Source: Octopus bimaculoides (Eukaryota). Taken from it: DNA of 64,000 nt. Location: NCBI RefSeq assembly GCF_001194135.2, contig NC_068984.1, positions 120,413,801 through 120,477,800 on the forward strand, written 5' to 3'. Numbering within the stretch: position 1 is the first letter of the stretch; the number at the start of each line of letters is the position of its first letter. Made by a program: the position numbers and the translations under genes. The notes below the pieces were generated by a model. It saw only the letters and a list, made by a program, of their open reading frames with translations. It searched no databases and was not told the DNA's origin. Below, piece after piece: positions 52,738 through 64,000 of the stretch.

Positions 52738-53110
52738 GATGTGACTGCATGGCACCTTAGACAAGTGTCTTCTGCTATAGCTCCTAGCTGACCAAAACCT
52801 TATGAATGGATTTGGTAGGCAGAAAATGAAAGATACCTACCATACATATATCTATATATATCTATGTGTGTGCATGAGTGTAGCTTTGTTTGCATCTCCT
52901 TGTCTTGACATTGCGTGATAATTTTGAACAAGAGTTCCCATACACAGTGATGTCATTTATGTCCAGTCCTCCTTCAAAAACTGTTGGGTCATGGGGAAAT
53001 TTCACCTTGTTTGGAAACAGGCAAGGCTTTGCTGACAGGGAGGGCATCTGATTGCAAGAAATATGCCTCAACAAAGTCTGTCTGATTCATGCAAGCATGG
53101 TAAAGTGGAT
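52735..53110 (+). mobile_element. SINE with family A head and family D (RTE-type) tail
   Basis: ggcaccttagacaagtgtcttctgctatagc head, short microsatellite, then ctccttgtcttgacattgcgtg...catgcaagcatggtaaagtggat. Confidence 0.82.
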
Positions 53111-53275
53111 ACTGTAAATCAATTTTATATATATGTGCGTAAGTGTCCGTGTATATGTACGTGTGTGTGTGTCTTTATGTATAGTTATATATATTTTTAC
53201 ATTTATGGATATTTATATATATATATGTATAACTGGAAGGCGGATGTTAAATGATGATGATGACGTATATATGTG

Positions 53276-53348
<73 letters not shown>

Positions 53349-53596
53349 CTTTTTCTAACTTGTGTATATATTTGCATGCATCTATGTATATATACACACA
53401 CACAAGTGTATATCGGCATGTGTGTATGTATCAGACATACTTTCTTTGCATACATATGTAAAAGTATATTACATGCATCTGTATCTGTATATACATAAAA
53501 TGCACATATATATATATTCATGTATTGTTTTATGTATATATGTGTACGTGTATGTATACAGATATATGAATATGTATGCATATATATGTATATGTA

Positions 53597-53633
<37 letters not shown>

Positions 53634-53753
53634 TTATATATCTGTGTATATATTNNNNNNNNNNTATATATTTATATACGTATATATCTTTATATATATA
53701 TATATATATCAATACACATAAACACACATTCAGCTACAGTTGCTGGAACTTAC

Positions 53754-53849
53754 TGTCACAGCTGATTGACCTCTGGCTTTCCACCTCCAGAGACAAGTGG
53801 AATGAAGTAACCCTTCCTTGACAACAGTTGCGTGAGGAGGGGTATCAAG
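53754..53849 (-). CDS. Candidate 96-nt internal exon (unassigned)
   Basis: cattatattacag acceptor, GTAAGT donor, phase-0 open frame LDTPPHATVVKEGLLHSTCLWRWKARGQSAVT in unique, GC-richer sequence; no recognised homology. Confidence 0.25.
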
Positions 53850-53965
53850 CTGTAATATAATGCCTCAACATTATATGCTAATATATTTGTCTAAACCATG
53901 CTGCAAGTGAAAAATGTACATAGTAATGAAAAAGTCTAGACGTGTATGTGTTTGTATGTGTCTTT

Positions 53966-54036
<71 letters not shown>

Positions 54037-54136
54037 NNNNNNNNNNNNNNNNNNNNNNNNNNNNNNNNNNNNNNNNNNNNNNNNNNNNNNNNNNNNNNNN
54101 NNNNNNNNNNNNNNNNNNNNNNNNNNNNNNNNNNNN

Positions 54137-54191
<55 letters not shown>

Positions 54192-54384
54192 AATGGATAT
54201 ATACATAGATATATATGTCTATAGTTGTATATTACATACATACATACGTATGCATATGTATTTATGTGTGTATATGTACCTATCTATCTATATATATATA
54301 TATATATACTGAGATATATCACCACACATATATATATATATATATTTGTGAGTGCATATATATATGATATATATGTGTACATGA

Positions 54385-54715
54385 AGGAACATGGCTCAGT
54401 GGTTAGAGCATTGGCCTCACAGTTAATAGGTAGGGAGTTCAATTGCCAGACTGGGCTGTGTGTTGTATTCTCGAGTAAGACACTTTATTTCACATTGCTC
54501 CAGTTCACTCAGCTGTAGAAATGAGTTGTGACGTCATTGGTGCCAAGCTGTATCAGCGTTTGCCTTTCCCTTGGCATGGAGAGGGGAGGGTGGTTTGCAT
54601 CGGCGACTGCTGGTCTTCCATAAACCACCTTGCCTAGACTTGTGCATTGGAGGGAAACTGTCTAGGTGTAATCCTATGGTCATTCATGACTGAAGGGAGC
54701 CTTTACCCTTTTACC
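54385..54715 (+). mobile_element. Family F SINE, tail variant 3
   Basis: tggctcagtggttagagc A box, gagttcaattgcc B box, gtattctcgagtaagacactttatttcac core, tail gaagggagcctttaccctttt. Confidence 0.85.
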
Positions 54716-54864
54716 GTTTATACATAAATATATGATATACTCTTTTACTTGTTTCAGCCATTTGACTGCGGCCATGCTGGAGCACCACCTTATGCATATA
54801 TATAATACACATATATTATATATGCATATATTCAATTCATAAATGTCTACATATACTTATATAT

Positions 54865-55168
54865 TCCTTTATACGTTTCAGCCCAATGGCTGTGGCCATG
54901 CTGGAGTGCTGCCAATGTACACACCTTATCAATGGCCATCCTTATGTGATTGGCTTTTAGTGAAGGAAGGAGTTCAGCACTGCTGCTCTGTTTTGAGTTT
55001 CTTACCGTGGTATAAGGTCATCTGGGGCCGTAGACAGCTGTAGGTCAGGTCGTTCTTGAAAAAATCTACCCTCTACTCCATGAAGATCACTCAGATGTTT
55101 TGGCAAGGCATTAAATAGTTGTGGTCCCTTTAATACCATGCTACTGCGGTTCTTGATCCTCACTATGT
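54865..55168 (-). mobile_element. CR1/L2-group LINE 3' end
   Basis: RIKNRSSMVLKGPQLFNALPKHLSDLHGVEGRFFQERPDLQLSTAPDDL (GP.LFN.LP motif of CR1-group ORF2 ends) followed by a UTR ending ctccagcatggccacagcc...ctgaaac. Confidence 0.75.
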
Positions 55169-55419
55169 ACTCACACACACACACACATAGATGTATATGC
55201 ATATGTATGTGAGTATTTTTCCATGCATACAAGTGTATGTGTTTACATATCTGTAAATCACTGTTTTGATTATAACATAAAAATAGCCATCCAAGGAACA
55301 TTGGTTGATGGAGAGAGTAATTGTGTGTGATATGTCCTTGGGGTAATATGAAGAAGGAAAGTTTTTTGTAGCAGTTCCTAGAAAAAAAAATAATGTAAGG
55401 ACATATGTATGGTTGTGTA

Positions 55420-55466
<47 letters not shown>

Positions 55467-55485
55467 GTATGTATATATATAGTTC

Positions 55486-55650
55486 AAATTTACAGAAAAA
55501 CAAAAGACGAAGACAGGTGTATAAGCAACAAGAAGGTGTATTAGTTTGATGCTCAGGAAAGTGAGAAAGACTTTTACTTTTCAAGTCTACACTCTTCAAC
55601 AGAAGGGAATATAAGGAAGTAAACAAAGAGAGAATAAAAAAAACTTGTGA
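55486..55650 (-). mobile_element. Possible Penelope-like LTR remnant with decayed hammerhead-like core
   Basis: Minus strand ctgttgaa-gagt-gtag-actt-gaaa: 4-bp stem II and GAAA, but the core reads CUGU instead of CUGA. Confidence 0.4.
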
Positions 55651-55967
55651 ATTTAGTGACACATGATACATATATATCATATGCATTTATATACACATAT
55701 ATATGTATCTCTATGCTACGCACACTAATATATAAATATGCACATTTACGTATAGACATTCACACATGTATATACACACTCACCTGCATGCATATACACC
55801 CACCCATGTGAGTGGTATGTTGAGAAGAACATGGTCAAGCAACTTACAATAAAGTACTGAGCATTAGATGTCTGCGTGTTAAAAGTTTAATCCACAACCA
55901 TAAGTTTGACAAATGCTGCAGTCGTAATTAAAGATTAAATGTGCATGTTTGTGTGTTTCTATGTACA

Positions 55968-56039
<72 letters not shown>

Positions 56040-56938
56040 GTTAGTGAAGAGAAAATGCTGTTTGTAGCTAAGAGTTATGTTGACTCTTATTTCTAGCGAT
56101 GTTGGTGCTGACTTGCGCCCTTAGTCACTCTCAATGATGATTGTATTTGTGCCTTTTTGATTTTAAATTGCGTGTAGCCACGTAAATTATTATGTATGTG
56201 TGTATATATGTGTGTGTGTGTGAAATGAAATAAATGACAAAGGAACAGGAAAATATACAATGAACTTCATTTGCTTACAACTGTTTTTGCTATAAGATGG
56301 TTGCACTGAGAGCTCATTGCTTGTGCATTACCTTATAGCTTCCTCAGAGCTCTTCCCTTGCTGGCAGAAGTTGAATGGTTTGACCAATGGTTCAGAATAC
56401 CACATCTTGCCCGAATGTCTCAGTTTTGCTATGACTTCTACAACTGGATACGTTTCCTAATGCCAACTCTTATACAGATCATACTGCATTTTTTTTTGCA
56501 TGATCTCCAACAATATTGAGATCAAATTACAACTCACAAGGCTTAACAGACCACCTGACTGAGGTGTAGAATAGGAGAGGGAGGTTAATTTTTATGCATG
56601 GTATTGAGAGATTAAAGTATGATAGGAAAAATGGGAGCTGGTTTATTGTGGTGGAAGTGTTTTATTGTTAACTTGCATTATTCAAACGTTGGTAGAGTTG
56701 TACTTTATTAAAGAAAGAGTAGTGTAATGGTGACAGAACATGGCTTGCAGATAACATGTTAAAGACTGTGGCGAGAGAGAAGAATATGCATATTACTGCA
56801 ATGTCAGCATTATTGAAATTGTGGTTGGATAATTGCAAATTAAAGCTTGCATGAAACCATTGGTACTGCATTAACACCAGTCAATCTATGAAAATAAATT
56901 ATACACTCGTTCCTACTAGTGTGTGGGTGTGTATATAT

Positions 56939-57043
56939 ATCATCATCATCATCATCATCGTTTAACGTCCGCTTTCCATACTAGCATGGGTTGGACGATT
57001 TGACTGAGGACTGGTGAAACCGGATGGCAACACCAGGCTCCAA
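56939..57043 (-). mobile_element. Young RTE tail, heavily 5'-truncated, in (TA)n
   Basis: Almost identical to 35348-35437 including gaaaccggatggcaacaccaggctcca. Confidence 0.9.
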
Positions 57044-57139
57044 ATTTATATATATATATATTATATTATATACATTTCTATATATATATGCATGCATATA
57101 TGATTATGTATATATAAATATATATATGTATCTGAACAC

Positions 57140-57765
57140 CCTCCCATCCTTATGACCTATACCATCACCACCCACAACTCTCTTGTAATGACTCTCTTTG
57201 GACTCTTGCCACCCTCATCTATTTTCTCTGTTTTCGACAGCCTTACTTTCCACTCACACTCACTCTCACCATGTAGGATATCTCTGAACCCCATGTACAC
57301 AACCCACCTTATCATATTCACCATTCCAACCGTCCCTTCTTCACTGACCATTCACATTAGTCCCTTCCTGTTCTCCTTTTTTCCATCACCCAACTCACTA
57401 CTCTATTAAATCTCTCTCCTACCACCCTCACACAATTATGAATCTATTCCTCTCATAATACTTTGCTTTCTCTCATCACCTTTCCTAAAATCATCACAGT
57501 TTATTTATCACTATAGTTCTCTTCCAGTTGAAGAGACTCTTTTGGGCCCTTTATTCTTGCAAGTTGCAGAGTGACCCCACTACTCCAGGTGCCACAAATA
57601 GGTAGCTGGTATACACTGTAAAGTACTTAGTGGTAGGAAGGGCATCCAACTTTAGAAACCGTGCTACAACAAACATTTAAGCATGACGCAGTCCTCCTAT
57701 TTGTCAGCTACTGTCCAACCCATGGCAACAGAGATAATGGATGTTAAATGTGATGATGTTGATGT
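57140..57765 (+). mobile_element. Degraded pyrimidine-rich LINE 3' remnant with RTE-like tail
   Basis: C/T-rich body related to the reverse complement of 5420-6110, followed by ggtaggaagggcatccaac...gtccaacccatg...gatgttaaatgtgatgatg. Confidence 0.5.
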
Positions 57766-59954
57766 GTATACACATACACACACACACACACATACACACA
57801 TACACACAGACATATATATGTGTGTGTATATATATACATACATATATATGTGTGTGTGTATATATATATATATTTATGCGTGTATGCATATATGTATATA
57901 TGTGTGCATTTACATCTATGTAGATGTATGTAGGCATGTGTGTATACACTTATATAAACACATATACATATTTATATATATGTATACATAACACATGTAT
58001 GTATATATGTGCATTTACATCTATGTATATGTATGTGTGTTCATACTTATATTTTCACATATACAGACATATATTATATGCATATATACACATATGTATT
58101 TATGTATGTGTGCAGGAATAAGTATATATGCATGTGTGTGTGTGTGTATGTATAAATAAATATTGGGTCCAGCCATGAAATAATTTATGTAAATATTTCT
58201 AATTTATTTATATTCATAATAAAAATATTGCTTCCTAAGAAGTCTTGTTCAGTTCTACAAAACTCCAGTTTATGCGCACATCTTGACACCCACACAGTTC
58301 TCTATAAATACTTCTAGAAAATTTTTACATTAAATATTTTTGAGTTAATGGAAATAGTTCATGTTGGTTATTTCGGTATTTTCAATAAATATATTCTTTC
58401 TACGTCTGGAAATTAAACCATGTCTCAATAAAAACTCAACTGACATTACTTTAGGAAGTAAATTGAAAGTGCGTAACAAACAAGAAAGTGACATTTGAAT
58501 TTCTTCCAGATATCATTTACGTCTTCTGTCATACTTTTTGAAAATCGAACTGTTCCAAATTCAATCCAATATTACACTCACAAAAATAACATAAGAAGAA
58601 ATAATTTAATTTCATCAGATAATATGAAAATAAATAATTACATATTTCATAGATTTTATATTTTATTTATTTATTTGCGCATCAATCTATCATAAGAGCC
58701 GGTAACTGAAATTTGATTATCTCCCTTGGACACTATTAATTGCGTCATTGCATTTACAAGATACTTTTCATGTTTATGTATAAATTACATGACAAAAAAA
58801 AAAAAAAGTTGAAACTAATGAAAACTCTTATTCTTTTTTTTTTTCTTTTCAACTTTTAAGCTGGCTAGTGTTCTTTGAGAAAATAAAAATCGAATCTGCA
58901 TATTTAGAAACTGTTTTTTTAAAAGCAATATTGAAATTTGTGAGACCTAGTTTTTAAACATTTAGCGTTTAAGGTACTTAATTAGATAATTTTCATTACT
59001 TTGAATAACTCTGATAATTAATTAGGAGTAACTAAGTCCAAGGGTTGATCATTACAAAATATCCAAAACTGTATACACAAATATATATATCACAATAAGC
59101 TTCTTTTGCTGGCATAGCACTTTAAACCACACACATCAGACATACAGTCATTCTTTTCAGACATATACAATGTAGGTACAAATGTATTTGTTGCATTTAT
59201 CTCACACATTTATGAGATAATTGTTGTATTATTTGCAGCAAAATCTTGATTCCTCTGCCTTAAGCTATCTCTGCCATTGAGAACACAAGCATGTCTTGAC
59301 TCATCCCTGTTTGCTCTTGAAGTTTCTGGGGATGATAAAAAAAATAATGCAATCTTTTACTAGGATAGTTTATTGTAGTTGATTGTGTAATAAATATATT
59401 TTCTCTTCTTAATAACGTGTGTATATCTGTGTGTGCATCATGTATATATGAATGTATGAATAATGCATACATCTATACACACTCACAGAAGCACCTAGAA
59501 ATGAGGTGTTACACAGGGAAAGACAAGAATTACAAGCATAGTTCTTACTTTTAGTTCTTTTGGGTGCTGTTGTTTTCATCATTTTTTTTTTTTTAGATAG
59601 CTTACTAACTTATTTAGATTTTTGTTACCATATTTCTTGTGAAATACACTGCTTCTGTTTCAATTAATTTTGAAAATAATAAAGAATTTAATAAAATAAC
59701 TGTCATTATTATGCTGGTGTTTGGTACATAAATTGATATGAAGTTTTGAAGAAAGGATTTAATTTAGATCACTTTCAACAAGAAGTGTTTATTGTAGAAC
59801 TAAAGGTAGTCTCTAGTGGGTTGGTATCAGAAGGGTGAGACCTAATTTAGTTAAAAGTTTTATTGATTTATCATGAGAATGATTGATATCTTACTTTTGA
59901 CTCGGTTAGTAAAAAATGCTAACTCCTTTTAATCTGCTTATTATTATCTTCTTA

Positions 59955-60170
59955 TTAAGGTGGTAAGCTGGCCGAATGGTTACTACGACTGTCAAAATAC
60001 TTAGCTGCATTTCTTCCAGCTCTTTACATTCTGATTTCAAAGTCTACTTTATCTTTCATCATTTTGAAGTTAATAAAATAAGTTGTAGTCGAACACTGGA
60101 GTCAATGTAATCAACTTCACCCTCTCCTGAAAACTGCTGTCCTTGTGTCAAAATTTAGAAAGAATTATTA
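59955..60170 (+). mobile_element. Family E SINE, old
   Basis: ggtggtaagctggccgaa head, ctttatctttcatc core, ccttgtgtc...agaattatt end. Confidence 0.7.
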
Positions 60171-60667
60171 GCAGTAATAGGGATAAGTGCAGTAATAGGG
60201 ATAATATGTTGTTCTGAGTATTTATTACATTGTCTATTTGAGAGTGTTTTATGAAACTATAGGTAAAGGTGTCATTCATTTTTAGGATATGATATACGTA
60301 TTTACAAATGTTTTCTAAAGTATATGCTATTATTTATTAAGTTTTGTTTTTGTTTTTTATACATTACCTGAGAAATTAAGAACAATTCTATTGCATCTAG
60401 TGAAAATTTTGCAAAACATTGCTATGTATACTGCATGTATAATTGCTACTGATATTTTTAAAGAGGGATATATATATATATATATATATATTAGTTACTA
60501 TCATGAATACTAGTTCATTGAAAAACTTACACTAATAGAGTGGTTTCCATAGGTTTTATGTAACATGAACTTTTAATGATGAGAAAGGACTGTTTTTAAA
60601 AGTGCTTTTTGTTTTGCCTCTCAATTTTTGTAGATATTTTTATGTATCAATAATTTTACAGTTTTTT

Positions 60668-61093
60668 AAAGGCAGTGAGCCGGCAGAAACGTTAGCACGC
60701 CAGACGAAATGCTAAGCGGTATTTCGTCTGCTGCTACATTATAAGTTCAGATTCTTTCGACTTTATCTTTCATCCTTTCGGAGTCGATTAAATAAGTACT
60801 AGTTACGCACTGGGGTCAATATAATCGACTTAATCTGTTTGTCTGTCCTTGTTTGTCCCCTCTGTGTATAGCCCCTTGTGGGCAGTAAAGAAATAAGAAA
60901 CGTTAGCACACCGGCTGAAATGCTTAGTGGTATTTTGTCTGTCTTTGTGTTCTGAGTTCAAATTCTGCCGAGGTCAACTTTGCCTTTCATCCTTTCAGGG
61001 ATGGTAAATTAAGTACCAGTTGCGTACTAGGGTTGATATAATCGACTGCCCCCCTCCCCCAAAATTTCGGGCCTTGTGCCTAGAATAGAAAAG
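60668..61093 (+). mobile_element. Dimeric family E SINE with 15-bp TSD
   Basis: Two tandem aaacgttagcac...ttcatccttt units; aattttacagttttt duplicated at 60652-60666 and 61094-61108. Confidence 0.92.
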
Positions 61094-62819
61094 AATTTTA
61101 CAGTTTTTCTTCAATCTTGTTTTAGAATTTGTGTTAATTATAGTTTCTCACTAAAACATGGAGCTATATGTTAGGGAAGAGTTAGAATTTGTGACTTGCA
61201 CAGTCTGTGCCTCTCCCCAAGGGCATTTGTGTTATTAGTAATGTTTGTACCACAAATTCCATTTGCCAAGTAGGAAAGGCTAGAACTTACAATAACTAGC
61301 AGTATTGCCTATGTATCCCTTAGCAGTCAATGAAGTAAAGACCACCAGGATTTCCACTAGCTGCAACCACTCTGATTATGAATATTTATATGTAATGTTC
61401 TTTAAATAGCACTTTATTGTAAATCAGGGCGAATTAGTAGAAGAAAAATTGAATGAAATGTAAATGTCTAAAATAAATGTATTTACATATGAATAAATTA
61501 CTCAGTCAGTTTTATGAAGATGTCTAAGTACTGTTTAGAAGTCACTCAATATCTGGGTATGAGAGAAATGCTCAAGGTCAAAGCATGTGAGATCATATCT
61601 GTTTGACATTCAATTTATGTAACCACTGTCAAATATTAACTTTTCTTGCCAGTTTGTTAGTAAGGCAATGTGGTTATTTAACAAATTATAAATAACTAAT
61701 TTTAAAATTTAGTATTAGTTTCAATATTTTGAAAGTGAGAAAGTAAAGGCAACATGAGATTGTTAAAATATGCACTATTAACATATTCTTAAAATTAGTT
61801 ATTAGAGGTGGGAAATTGTGTGATTGTTAAACATTTTTGGCGTATAATTTTAATGAAATCTCTTTGTCAAAAGTAATAGATGATTATAATTTATGGATGT
61901 TTCATTATCATTATAAATTTACGTTATATAATTTGAATATTTAATCAATATATCAGATCTATCTACATTATAAGTAGTGAAATTGTTTTCATTTTCTGAT
62001 TAAAAGAATCCTATTTTCTATTAAAGGTTTTTCAGTGTTTATTTCAAGTGAAACACATTTAGCATTTCATCGGCAGCTTTCTTTTAAAAAGGAGTTTTGA
62101 GGAGAAAAATGATGATGTATGAAAAATTATAATTTTATATCAACCTTGTTATTTTATTTCTTGTTCATAATATGGCTGATATATTTTGTACTAGTTTAAA
62201 CATATCCCAGCCAATCAAAAATTTGTAAACTAAGCAGGCTGAAGATGTACTGCACTGAGGGTTTCAAAAGTGTTAAAGAACCAATGTGAAAACACATCTG
62301 TTGATAAAAATAATGAATCTTTAATTTTATAAACTTATTATTGTTTTAATCTTATGTATTAAACTAGTTATTTTAAAGTAGATTTTGGAGAATTTTTCAG
62401 TTGAGTTGTTTCAAATTTTAGCATGGGCAAAATTTTCCTTGTAGACTAAGGCTTCTTTACTCCTGCTATGAGAAATATTTTTTTTTTTTTTTGCAAAATA
62501 TAACAAATTGACATAATAATTAAGGGAAATCTGATTGCTTACTTAAACCAAATTCACTTAAAGAAGATAATTGGATTTATTCCACCCGAAGGAAATTTTA
62601 ACAATATATTTTTCATATCCTGTATGTCTGTGCATCTACATACACATTTATATACACAAATGCATGCAACCTAAATGCTCATAATGTTAACCTAGCCAGG
62701 AGGAAATGTATGGTTCAGTTTCCATTGAGGGATATATGGCATATACTTGTAGAATATATTATTGATCTAGAATAATTAATCTCTGTGTATGTATGAGTGA
62801 AAAATGATGAGATTGAAGA

Positions 62820-63060
62820 TTATTTATACAACAGTTGATAGCAGAGTTGTTAAAGCACCAGACTGTATGTTTTGTGGTATTTAGTTATATTTCCTTATAT
62901 TCTGTGTTCTACTAATCCCATTGAAGTTGACATTCATTTTCCATTCTTGAGGCATGGTTGATAAAATAAGCACCAGCTAAATATTGGGGTTGATTTAGTC
63001 AACTGTTCCCGTCCAGGAAAATATTTGGTCTTCTGTCAATGTAAGAAGTTTCCTACCTTT
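62820..63060 (+). mobile_element. Family E SINE, highly degraded
   Basis: gcagagttgttaaagcac...gttgacattcattttccattc...ggggttgatttagtcaact. Confidence 0.5.
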
Positions 63061-63922
63061 TGTAAAGACATGTGGAAAATAAAGAAAAATTCATACATTT
63101 AAAATTTCAGGAATAAATTTGAGCAATTATAACATTGATATATATATATATATATATATATATACGCACATATATAAAATCGTCAATTTAAGGCAATATT
63201 TAGTTTATTCACAACAGTATTTTTGGTTAATTCAAATGTGAAAATAAAATTGCTTATTTATTTTAATTTATATTTTTTTTTCTCAAATGAATTCTGTATA
63301 TTTTTTTCTATTAATTTACAGATAGTTTGCATTTTCATTAATATTTGCATTTGTCTACACCACAATTAATAATGCTAGCTTGAAAATTACTACTAATTGT
63401 TTACTAATTTGATTTTTGTTTACTATTAACCTTAACATTCATTATTAATATTTACTAAGTTTTTAATACTTGTTTTATTTTTTTATTGTTTTAATTTATT
63501 TTGAGCAGAGACTTGTTACATGTGACCTGAGTTATATATATATCAATATAAACTACATCGGTAAATTATAGACATTTCCCTGCACCGTATAATAATAATA
63601 ATAACACATATATTGATATATTTCTATTTTTAAGGCTTATTAATTTATGTGTACATAATTACCTATTTGTAAAACATTTCTTTTGTATAATTTACTCTCA
63701 TACTTAATAAATACACCTAGATGGTTGAAATATTTAATTATATAGAGGAGGATAAATTTTGATAGGTTAGTGTCATGAATATTCTCTTCAAACCATTTCC
63801 TATTGGGGTATTGTCTTTAGACTAGATAAATGTTCCCTCTTAACCTACTTGTAAATGTTTTCACTATTCTGAATATCATTTTTGTGTATATTGTTTTGTT
63901 TTAAGTGCTGTACTTTATGTGC

Positions 63923-63953
<31 letters not shown>

Positions 63954-64000
63954 AAGTATATATATATATACCTATATATTATACATATATATATATATAT

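Larger units (their letters stand above)
51960..54360. repeat. 2.4-kb low-complexity (TA)n/(TG)n/(CA)n field with embedded SINE
   Basis: Pure (TA)n at about 52510-52593, (TG)n 52660-52703, (CA)n 53968-54036; source of most spurious YIYI/CVCV ORFs. Confidence 0.95.

Noticed and set aside
51867-54312. Dozens of overlapping YIYI/CVCV/HTHT ORFs
   Set aside because: Dinucleotide microsatellites lack stop codons; artefacts
54385-54460. tRNA-like sequences
   Set aside because: A and B boxes present but no complete cloverleaf; all are SINE heads, and no genuine tRNA gene was seen
62540-62620. 77-nt minus-strand segment with good splice sites
   Set aside because: Stops in all three frames

Overview
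Eukaryotic, very AT-rich, repeat-saturated draft-assembly sequence with nine N gaps. There are no prokaryotic features (no operons, rRNA, CRISPR). The tRNA-headed SINEs with internal microsatellites, RTE LINE debris with (GAT)n tails and extreme (TA)n/(CA)n/(AAT)n density strongly resemble an octopus (coleoid cephalopod) genome; this is an inference from recalled repeat families, not a database match. No host protein-coding gene could be identified, and most ORFs in the supplied track are microsatellite or N-gap artefacts. Recognisable coding sequence is all retroelement debris: RTE reverse-transcriptase fragments, a CR1/L2-group 3' end, possible I/Nimb-like remnants, and a 5'-truncated R4/Dong-type element with a restriction-like endonuclease sitting inside an (AAT)n tract. 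At least three SINE heads with interchangeable tails and several MITE families (hAT-, piggyBac-, Tc1/pogo-like, one foldback) are present. The best leads are a candidate type I hammerhead ribozyme at 19639-19699, a degenerate core-plus-variable-spacer array at 45.5 kb, a CpG-rich putative first exon at 50.6-50.9 kb, and a speculative chain of small minus-strand exons.
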